A stretch of 32,000 nt of DNA from Delftia acidovorans NBRC 14950 (lineage in GTDB: Bacteria > Pseudomonadota > Gammaproteobacteria > Burkholderiales > Burkholderiaceae_C). Within the stretch, counting starts at the first letter, position 1; each line of letters opens with the position of its first letter. Below are positions 10,009 to 17,800 of this stretch, piece by piece. Made by a program: the position numbers and the translations under genes. The stretch lies in NCBI RefSeq assembly GCF_001598795.1, contig NZ_BCZP01000009.1:150001-182000 (forward strand), given 5' to 3'. A model generated the notes under the pieces. The model was not told the DNA's origin. It was given only the letters and a program-made list of their open reading frames with translations, and did not search any database.

Positions 10009-10090
10009 GGCCCGCCATCCTAAAGCCGAAAAATGACGCCACCAGAACATTGCTGTGCCAGGAGCGCCACAGCAACGGCTGTGCACGGAT

Positions 10091-10134
10091 TGACCCCATA
10101 TGGCCCCATATGACCCTATATGCCCTTATATGGC
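10091..10134. repeat. 10-bp phased tandem repeat, about 4.4 copies (TGACCCCATA / TGGCCCCATA / TGACCCTATA / TGCCCTTATA / TGGC)
   Basis: Read directly. It spans the stop codon of the FGE-domain gene and lies 83-126 nt upstream of the barrel-protein start. Confidence 0.75.
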
Positions 10135-10998
10135 TGGCACGTCGAGGCACAGACGCAGACCCGCCATCTGCCCGGGCATGTTGGCCAGCGGCAGCCGAAG
10201 CTCCGTCAGCAGCATGGCCTGCTGCATGGGATGCTGAAACGGATAGAACGCCGCCGCACCTCCACGGATGCGCCATTCGTGCGGGCTGGCCTGCAGCCGG
10301 GTGAACGTGGCCACCGCCAACGCCGCCATTCCCCAGGGATTGGAGGCCGCGCGGTTGAGCCGACCATCGCCAAACTGGGCCAGGCACACATCCCCGGACA
10401 GATCGCGCTGGGGAACCGCGTCCCCGCACACATACAGCCGCTCCGCGCCCGCCTTCGCAACGTACTCCCACTCATGGTCCCAAGGCAGGCGATAGCCCGT
10501 GGCGGCCAAAAAGCGTTGCGCTTCCTCTTGCGTGACATAGGCGGGAAACGGCCCGTCCTCGCTGTAGAAATCAGGCCGCTCCAGCCCATCGCACAACTCC
10601 ACATGCTCTTCAATCACCCACTCGAACGTGGGAAAGCGGCTCATCAGAAACGCGGGCACATGCACGGGACCCGCCTCATGCGCTGCATGGATCACTGGCG
10701 CAATCAAGGACCAGTCCTCCGCAGGAATCGAACCGCGCAACGTCGCCAGCCGCTGCGCCGTTGCCCCGTAGGTGAAATCGCCGCCCAGGACCAGGGTCAG
10801 CGCGGTCTCATGCTGCGCGTCGTAAAAGCAGGGAACCTCCCATGCCGCGCCCTCAGCAGGTTCTGTAGAGACGAACGGTTTGGCGAACTCGAAGCCGCGC
10901 GACAGCCCCTCCAGAATGGCTTGGCAAATCTCTGCGCGGCGGGAGGGCAGGGTGGATTGCCAGGATTTGGGGCTGGCGAGTTCAGGGATGGTGTGCAT
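10126..10998 (-). CDS. FGE-sulfatase (SUMF1/EgtB/PvdO-type) domain protein
   Basis: ORF 10126..11082 trimmed to the ATG at 10998. Contains FLAATGYRLPWDHEWEYVAKAG, matching the GYRLPTEAEWEYAARGG signature of FGE-like domains, and NPWGM later. No signal peptide. Confidence 0.55.
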   Translation of the reverse strand: MHTIPELASPKSWQSTLPSRRAEICQAILEGLSRGFEFAKPFVSTEPAEGAAWEVPCFYDAQHETALTLVLGGDFTYGATAQRLATLRGSIPAEDWSLIAPVIHAAHEAGPVHVPAFLMSRFPTFEWVIEEHVELCDGLERPDFYSEDGPFPAYVTQEEAQRFLAATGYRLPWDHEWEYVAKAGAERLYVCGDAVPQRDLSGDVCLAQFGDGRLNRAASNPWGMAALAVATFTRLQASPHEWRIRGGAAAFYPFQHPMQQAMLLTELRLPLANMPGQMAGLRLCLDVPAI

Positions 10999-11011
10999 GG
11001 TCGGGACAAAA

Positions 11012-11392
11012 TCACATGACTTCAAACAGATGAAATTTGAGGCCGTGCGGATTCTTGCAGAAATCTTCAGGCAGCTCGCCACGCATGGTCAGATCAGACT
11101 TTTTGTCTCTGATGTAAACGTCCATCTCATAGCCCCAGTCTCCGGAATTCAATGGATAGATCCTGATGGAGACACGATCGTCTTCGGCATAAAAATCATC
11201 ATTCTCCTGAGTGATCTTGTTTCCCGTGGGAGGAGGGGATAAGGCAGTGAAATCGTCTTTTCCGAGATAATTTTTCAATGCTTCACACGCCTTATCCATC
11301 TGCAACGGGCTGATGCTGAAGCGGTTTTCAAGAGATTTTTCAATCGTGATGAAAGAATGCGGCAGCCAGCAATTGTATGGTTTCCTCAGCAA
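11012..11392 (-). CDS. hypothetical small protein (orphan immunity-type candidate)
   Basis: AT-rich ORF in the immunity array, ending 13 nt before the FGE gene start. The track start at 11392 is TTG. The first ATG is at 11299 (MDKACEALKNYL), so the start is uncertain. No recognisable motif. Confidence 0.4.
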   Translation of the reverse strand: MLRKPYNCWLPHSFITIEKSLENRFSISPLQMDKACEALKNYLGKDDFTALSPPPTGNKITQENDDFYAEDDRVSIRIYPLNSGDWGYEMDVYIRDKKSDLTMRGELPEDFCKNPHGLKFHLFEVM

Positions 11393-11499
11393 GTTGAAGA
11401 TTGAGGGGCATGAATATTATTGGGTTGCGTTGATTCGTGTCGGCGGCTGCTGAAGAAATCTATTGCTTTGACTTGCTTGATTTTTTAGACCATCTCGGA

Positions 11500-11916
11500 C
11501 TATTTGGAATTTAGGGATTCAACCAACGCCGAACCAAGATTGTCGCCTAATTTCCTTGCCGCGTTCCAGTCCAGATCTCCTAAGGGAACGGACCAAACAG
11601 AACAGTCGTTGGGGAGAGATCTGAAAACATAGCCAACTCCTCCGCCGTCCGTGGCAAAGCACAAAGCCTTGGCGCCAAGATACTTCTGAATGCAAAATTC
11701 TCTGTTGAGTTGATCAATGTCGTTCAGCGGCCAGAAAACTAAATATAGAGCCCCGAAATCACCCTCTCCTCCATTGGACCAATGCATCCATTGGGTGTAG
11801 TCGCCAGGCAGATTCATCCTTCTTGATGTGTCCTTGATTGTTTCTTCTTCCAAAGGAGGGTCACGATGATACCTGCCTGACATCAAGGTCATGATGGTGT
11901 CGATCGTGCTGGCCAT
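11500..11916 (-). CDS. SMI1/KNR4 (SUKH-1) family immunity-type protein
   Basis: 138 aa. LPGDYTQWMHWSNGGEG...YLVFWPLNDI...ALCFATDGGGVGYVF matches the SUKH pattern (LPxDYxxFLxxxNGG ... FAxDGGGNxY). Confidence 0.65.
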   Translation of the reverse strand: MASTIDTIMTLMSGRYHRDPPLEEETIKDTSRRMNLPGDYTQWMHWSNGGEGDFGALYLVFWPLNDIDQLNREFCIQKYLGAKALCFATDGGGVGYVFRSLPNDCSVWSVPLGDLDWNAARKLGDNLGSALVESLNSK

Positions 11917-11960
11917 GGTTATTGATTGTTCAAATAGCTAGAGATCAGTCTTAGAGAAAA

Positions 11961-12470
11961 TTACAAAATCACCGTTGTTCGGATTATTGCCTCCTTTCCA
12001 ACCACAGGGAAATCCTGATGACTCATATATTTTGAATAATTTCTCGAAGAAATTGATTTTTCTTCTGAGAAAAGTCTGGCTTTTGCACAAGCCACAAGAT
12101 CTTCGTAGAAGATGTTTGTCAGAAAATTGTAGTCATCATCATCCAGATTTAAATCAATCATCAGATGCTTGTTATTTGTTTTTATTTTTTCGTAATAGTT
12201 TTCCGAATCACGATGCATTGCGAAATTTTCTAACTGGTTTGGCGGCGTGGGTATTTTAATTTCGCCCTGAGCGGAATTGAATATATCTGGCAGAAAGTAA
12301 TATGGAATTTTTATATCTTGATCGGCATATATTTCCAGGGCTTTATGTATATTTTTGATGATTTCTGTATATTTATCATTATTTTTGTATATGCCGCCGA
12401 GAAATTTTCCATCTCTCATGAAAATGAGAATATCTTGCACGTCCGCTGGATAATCCGGTATGGTTGTCAT
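11961..12470 (-). CDS. hypothetical protein, very AT-rich (orphan immunity-type candidate)
   Basis: 169-aa ORF with clean ATG, rich in Lys/Asn/Asp/Ile. It sits downstream of Rhs remnant B. No recognisable family. Confidence 0.5.
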   Translation of the reverse strand: MTTIPDYPADVQDILIFMRDGKFLGGIYKNNDKYTEIIKNIHKALEIYADQDIKIPYYFLPDIFNSAQGEIKIPTPPNQLENFAMHRDSENYYEKIKTNNKHLMIDLNLDDDDYNFLTNIFYEDLVACAKARLFSEEKSISSRNYSKYMSHQDFPVVGKEAIIRTTVIL

Positions 12471-12632
12471 AGGTTTTTATTTTCTGAAGTTATTCAAAAT
12501 ATTAAATTTTGATATTTCACATTTGTTGATAATATTAAAAATCCGGTATTCCAAAATCACAACCTAGTCGATCAAAGAATCAAGAACAGGGTTAGCTGCG
12601 GTGCAGAGATTTTTCTGAGGCTTCTTTAACTG

Positions 12633-12830
12633 GTTTTCGTCGTTCCTCCATTCTGATTTACTCTTAGCCAGGAGCACGTAGCTGTCGGGCTCATAGAGGT
12701 ATTCGATCAGGCGGAAGCCACAAATCTCTCCGGTCAGCAGGTCGCCGTAGAGGAAGGTGGTGCGCCCGAAGGAATCCTGCTTGTCTATGTGCCGGCCCAG
12801 CGCGTCGTAGCGGTAACGCGTGGACTGGAG
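12633..12830 (-). pseudogene. Rhs core remnant B (toxin-less, no start codon)
   Basis: Nucleotide homology to 15664..15860 of the intact Rhs gene. It translates as LQSTRYRYDALGRHIDKQDSFGRTTFLYGDLLTGEICGFRLIEYLYEPDSYVLLAKSKSEWRNDEN, versus TTRYRYDALGRRIDKHDAFGRTTFLYDGDLLAGEIRGSRLSEYLYEPDSFVPLAKLESEWRNEEN in the intact copy. The open frame (12564..12875) contains no Met. It diverges into AT-rich sequence before the YYYHCDQIGAP segment. Confidence 0.8.
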
Positions 12831-12960
12831 ACATACCCATCCAAAATAGATAGAGTATTTATGGAGTGTACTCCATTAGTGTTTTTCTGAATTCTCTAAA
12901 TATTCAAGTTTTTACTCTGTAGAAATCCATTCTACGAGATCAATAAGTTGGGTATTTTAT

Positions 12961-13479
12961 TTATTCGTCTTGCTCATTAATCCATTTTTTGAAATTAGAT
13001 GCTTCTTGTGGGCTGTTAAGGCGCGAGATCCATGAAATTTCCTTTTTATTATTGGTATAGCCTGTTACAGAAAAAACCAATATACAGTTGCCGAAAAAAT
13101 TTTCGGATTTTAATTGCTCAAGTGCAGCTACACATGATTCGAAAAGATTTTTCTGAAATTTTATAAAATCTTTATTGCTGTGTTTTGTGCTATGAAATTT
13201 TGATATTTCGGCAGAAACGTCAGTAAACCACTCGTGTCCTGAGAATTCGTATTTCCATTCGGCTGTACTCCATTTGTAATATTGAGTGTCTTCTGGGTCT
13301 TCTTTAATTTTCTTCTCTAAGAACGAGGTAGTGTTTGCTGACGGGCAAATAGTCATAGCGCCCTCGTCAGAGTATAGGCCAAATGCACAAAAATCCTCTT
13401 CTGGATGAGAACTTCTTAAATTGGAAAATGCTTTCAAGGCTGCGTCTTTGATGACTTTTATGAAATCCGCGTTTTCCAT
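12961..13479 (-). CDS. DUF4303-like immunity-type protein
   Basis: ORF 12961..13536 trimmed to the ATG at 13479 (MENADFIKVIKDAALKAF). EDFCAFGLYSDEGAMTICPSANT, YYKWSTAEWKY and FESCVAALEQLKSENFF match my recollection of the DUF4303 pattern. At 172 aa it is in the typical size range. Confidence 0.55.
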   Translation of the reverse strand: MENADFIKVIKDAALKAFSNLRSSHPEEDFCAFGLYSDEGAMTICPSANTTSFLEKKIKEDPEDTQYYKWSTAEWKYEFSGHEWFTDVSAEISKFHSTKHSNKDFIKFQKNLFESCVAALEQLKSENFFGNCILVFSVTGYTNNKKEISWISRLNSPQEASNFKKWINEQDE

Positions 13480-13496
13480 GATGTTCCTTATAAACC

Positions 13497-14052
13497 AAAG
13501 CCAGGAGGCACTGGTCGTGAGTAGACACTGCCGCATCGTCAGTGCCTATGCGCAGGTACTGCAACTGATAGGTCTGGCTCTAGACCTTGTAGCTGGCGGC
13601 CCAGACGATGCGGCCGGTTTCGTCGGTGAGCTCCTGGGGGCGCCGATCTGGTCGCATTGGTAATAGTAGGTGGCAAAGCTGGCCTGAGCTGTTTCCGTCT
13701 CTACCTGCACGTTACAGTGTTCTTCACTCCGCCATTCCGACTCCAAGAGGGCCTGGGGTGAAGGCCTGCCGGGCTGACCCTGGAGTGCGCCTTGCTGGCT
13801 GACCTTATGGGTGGTAAGGCTGCCTATTGGGTTCCAGCAATAGCGGCTGGTCAGCGTGCCTTGGGTGCGTTGGATTTCCTGGGGCAGGGCGTCGCGTTCG
13901 ATGTCGCTGACCACCTGGCCGTCGGCGAGGATCTGGTGCAGGTGAACAGAGCCGTAGTAGAGCCATTGGACGTGGCGGCCCCCGGGCAGCCAGCAGTCCG
14001 TGCGGTTGCTCAGCGCGTCGTAGGCGAAGCGCACATGTGCGTCTGGGTTGCT
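13497..14052 (-). pseudogene. Rhs C-terminal core remnant A (frameshifted, stop-interrupted, internally deleted, toxin-less)
   Basis: Homologous to three segments of the intact Rhs gene (about 16722-16760, 16350-16650, 15452-15700). The frame opens right after a TAA at the homology boundary (SNPDAHVRFAYDALS...). There is a 1-nt loss in a G-run (G5 at 13636-13640 versus G6 in the intact copy). TGG has become TAG at 13580-13582. Homology stops at ...THDQxLLAL, 18 nt before the DUF4303-like ATG. Confidence 0.85.
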
Positions 14053-14235
14053 AGTTTAATGATTTTTAGCTTTTAAGAGACCATTTAAATGGAATTAGAG
14101 TTTTCCGAATTTATATATGAATACTATTTTATATAAATAAATATTTAACAAATTCACTTGTTTTTCAAGAGAAACTTTATGAGAATTTCTGATATATATC
14201 ACATGCCGGAATTAATGAGAATTATATTGGAGTTG

Positions 14236-14856
14236 CTAGCTTGGTCGAACCGGATTTATTATGGAGTAAGGGAGGTTCTCTATATATTCATCGAAAGCGT
14301 CGATGCCTTTGTTGAGAATAATCTTTTCTTCATTTTCATTAATTGGAACGACCCAAAGTAGGCTAACTTTCTCGGATCCTATTATTATTTCTTCTAGCTC
14401 CTCGCTTTCTCCTCGTAGTTCATCAATTAGTATGGCCTTGGTTGTCCATTTTTCGGGGGCCAAGGCGCTTTCACTCATGACCCGTGGAGGCTCAGAGCTT
14501 TCTACATTTTCAATGTTGTGCGCTATTATGTCGCAAAAATACGTAAAGACTCTGTCAATGCTTTCATTTCCCAATCCACTCTCCAAGGCCAACATGAATT
14601 CTGTGCAGATGCGTTTTCCATTTTTTCTTGTGAAATTTGAAAGTCCTACCGTTGCGAATCTGGCTGGATATTTTTTATCTTTTGCTGGGAAAAAGTATAA
14701 TTCTACTGCTGAATGGGTGTTGTTTTTACCCATCTTCAATCTGTATTCCGGCATTCCCCATTCTTTAATATAAGCGCACAAAATAACGCTCCTTCTAATA
14801 TCGAAGGATAATATCGCTTCTTTTGCTTCTTCAGTTTTAATTTGCGCATCCATCAT
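14236..14856 (-). CDS. SUFU-like (suppressor-of-fused domain) immunity protein, cognate candidate for the Rhs toxin
   Basis: 206 aa, AT-rich, and its start overlaps the Rhs stop by 20 nt. YFFPAKDKKYPARFATVGLS..., ...ILIDEL..., VSLLWVVPINENEEKIILNKGIDAFDEYIE resembles bacterial SUFU-domain proteins (FLWxxPIxxxE...G...L). Confidence 0.6.
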   Translation of the reverse strand: MMDAQIKTEEAKEAILSFDIRRSVILCAYIKEWGMPEYRLKMGKNNTHSAVELYFFPAKDKKYPARFATVGLSNFTRKNGKRICTEFMLALESGLGNESIDRVFTYFCDIIAHNIENVESSEPPRVMSESALAPEKWTTKAILIDELRGESEELEEIIIGSEKVSLLWVVPINENEEKIILNKGIDAFDEYIENLPYSIINPVRPS

Positions 14857-17800
14857 CTTTTTTCTTCCTTGATTTTCTTGGTTTAAAGTTTGGGCCTGTA
14901 TCTGTGCGATATTGCTGGGTGTGACTCATGGTCCCTCCCTCAGACTTTTGGCAAGGAAGGCACACCAGACTCGTTGCAGTTGTATTATATAGATCATTTC
15001 TGGTTTTCTGATCCGTATTATATCCTTGTGTATTATGTGTTTGAACCAGTGCTGGATCATGTTGAACAGAAGTATTGCTTGTGTTTAATAAGCACCCACA
15101 AATAGCGCAAGGGATATTTCCGTTGGTGTCTGTCTGTTGTTTCTCCAGGGCATCTCTTCGACGTTTGCGGATTCTTGTTGGATACAGCTTTTCCCTAATA
15201 CCAGGTCCACTGCGTTTTGCTAAGCCATACGGATCTATCCATTCGAGAGGATTGTTTGCATAAATAAATAAATTATTTCCACCAAACAACCCAATCGGAT
15301 CCTGATGCACAAACCTCCCCACCACAGGATCGTAATACCTGAACCGGTTGTAGTGCAGCCCCGTCTCGCCGTCAAAGTACTGTCCCTGGAACCGTAGCGG
15401 TTGCTCCACCAGCGCAAGGCTTTGTACCTCACCCTGGGCGGCCAGGGCCAGCGGGCGCTGGTCGTGGGTGAACACCGCCGCATCGTCCGTGCCGGTGCGC
15501 AGGTACTGCAGCTGCTGGGTCTGGCCCCAGACCTTGTAGCTGGCGGCCCAGACGATGCGGCCGGTTTCGTCAGTGAGTTCCTGGGGGGCGCCGATCTGGT
15601 CGCAGTGGTAGTAGTAGGTGGCAAAGCTGGCTTGGTCCGCTTCTGCCTGTGCGTTGCGGTTTTCCTCGTTCCTCCATTCCGATTCCAGCTTGGCCAGGGG
15701 CACGAAGCTGTCGGGCTCGTAGAGGTATTCGCTCAGGCGTGAGCCACGGATTTCTCCGGCGAGCAGGTCGCCGTCGTAGAGGAAGGTGGTGCGCCCGAAG
15801 GCATCGTGCTTGTCGATGCGCCGGCCCAGCGCGTCGTAGCGGTAGCGCGTGGTCTGGACGGTGGCGGCTGGCTCTGGCTGCGCATTCGATCCGGCGATCT
15901 TCGGTTCGGGCCTGTCGTGGTAGCGCGTGACCGTGGATTCGAGCATCTGGTGCTCGGCGCTGTAGCGAAAGCGCTGCACGGTGTGCCAGCCGATGCGGCG
16001 CTCCACGATGTTGCCGTGCAGGTCGTACTGGAAACGCAGGTCCTGGTAGACGGCGAGCCGGTTGGTGGGCACCTGTTCGCGTTCGTTGCTGGTGCCGCCG
16101 CTGCTGAGGTCTCCACCACGGTTGGGGTTGAGCAGGTTGCCTGCGGGGTCGAATGCGAAGGTTTCCAGGTTCCGGCCCGAGGTGGGCAATCCACCTGCAG
16201 CATTTTTCTGGGCGGCAAGGATGCGGCCCAGGGCGTCGTAACGGTACTGGCTGTCGCCGCGCAGGCCGTCGCGCGTGGCGACGAGGTTGCCTGTGGGGTC
16301 GTACTGGTACAGGCGGGCGATGCGCTGGCCGGAGGGCAGGGGAGTATCCCGGTCCCAGAGGGCCTGGGGTGAAGGCCTGCCGGGCTGACCCTGGAGCGCG
16401 CCTTGCTGGCTGACCTTGTGGGAGGTGAGGCGGCCCATGGGGTCCCAGCCATAGCGGCTGGTCAGCGTGCCTTGGGTGCGTTCGATTTCCTGGTGCAGGG
16501 CGTCGCGTTCGATGTCGCTGACCACCTGGCCGTCGGCGAGGATCTGGTGCAGGTGGCCCGAGCCGTAGTAGAGCCATTGGACGTGGCGGCCCCCGGGCAG
16601 CCAGCAGTCCGTGCGGTTGCTCAGCGCGTCGTAGGCGTGCCGATAGCTGTAGGTCGCCAGCGCTCGCTCGTCTGCACTGGGCGCCATGTGCACCTGGGTC
16701 TCTTCCACCAGCCGCGATAGAGCGTCGTAGGCGAAGCGCACGTGCGCATCGGGGTTGCTGGCATGCAGCATGCGGCCCAGCAGGTCGTAGCCATAGGTGG
16801 TGGTTCCTCCGTCTCCATTACCTGCCGCGTCGCTGCCCACGTGGATCTTGGCGACAAGGCGGCCCAGCACATCCCTGCGAAACAGTGTGCGCTTGGGCAG
16901 GGCTGCGTCGGGCCGTGGATCGTAGGGCGTATCCGGGGGCAGGTGGGCATCGCGCTCGTGCAGTTCGGTCAGTTCGCTGGCGGCGTTGTAGCGGTAGCGC
17001 TGTATGCGGCCGTCAAAACCGGTTTCCTCGATCAGGTTGTCTGCGGCGTCGTAGGTGAAGCTGGTGACGGCGCCGTTTTCGTTCTGCAGGGCGATGAGCC
17101 TGCCCACGGCGTCATAGCGGTAGCGCAGCATGCCGCCCAGCGCATCGCGGCGCTCCACGGGCTGGTCCAGGCCGTTGTAGGTGTAGCGGGTGATGGCGCC
17201 TTGCGGGTCGGTGTAGGAAAGCAGGTTGCTCTGGGGGTCGTAGGCATAGTGATGTTCGGAACCATCGGCGCCCCACATCCGGCGCAGGCGTCCAAGCGCG
17301 TCATGAAGGTAGCGGGTGGTCTGGCCCAGGGCGTCGGTGGAGGCCACGAGGTTGCCCAGTATGTCCCACGCATAGCGCGTGACCTGGCCCGAGCAGTCGG
17401 TGTAGGCCACGAGCTGTCCGGCTTCGTCCCACTGCAGATGGCGGGTTTTGCCCAGCGCGTCTTCTATGGCGACGGGCAGGCCGCGCGTGTCGTACTTCCA
17501 GCGCGTGGCGTGGCCCAGCGGGTCCAGGCGCTCGACCAGATTGCCCTGGGCGTCGTAGGCCTGCCGCCAGACATGGCCCAGCGCGTCGGTGACTTCTTCG
17601 GGCAGGTTGAGCTGGTTGTATTTGAGGCGGGTGGTGGCACCTGATGCGTCCGTGACGGCCAGCAGGTTGCCCTGGCCGTCGAATTGCCAGCGGGTGGTGC
17701 GGCCCATGGCGTCCCGCGCCTGTTGCGGGTTGCCGGCGGCGTCCATGCGCGTCTCGGATCGGACGGGCTGGCCATCCGGCCCGGGTTCGACGATGGCGAT

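Noticed and set aside
10091-10134. Possible CRISPR or minisatellite
   Set aside because: The units are 10 bp and contiguous with no spacers, so this is not a CRISPR array. It is kept only as a phased tandem repeat.
13367-13564. 65-aa ORF (MQYLRIGTDDAAVSTHDQ...) overlapping the DUF4303-like gene start
   Set aside because: It is the ancestral reading frame of Rhs remnant A continuing past its frameshift and stop, not an independent gene.
14055-14235. Promoter-like -35/-10 hexamers in the AT-rich spacer upstream of remnant A
   Set aside because: AT-rich DNA produces many chance matches (for example TTGAAA-N15-TAAATA with suboptimal spacing), so they cannot be supported from sequence alone.
11975-14773. 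Small + strand ORFs in the AT-rich island (11975-12259, 12318-12512, 14158-14361, 14303-14773)
   Set aside because: All are antisense to better minus-strand ORFs. Their Phe/Leu/Ile/Ser-rich products are typical of random frames in AT-rich DNA.
11010-15350. Mobile genetic element (IS, transposon or integrative island) explaining the AT-rich block
   Set aside because: No transposase, integrase or recombinase ORF, tRNA attachment site or terminal inverted repeats were seen. The composition is better explained by Rhs tip/immunity cassette exchange.
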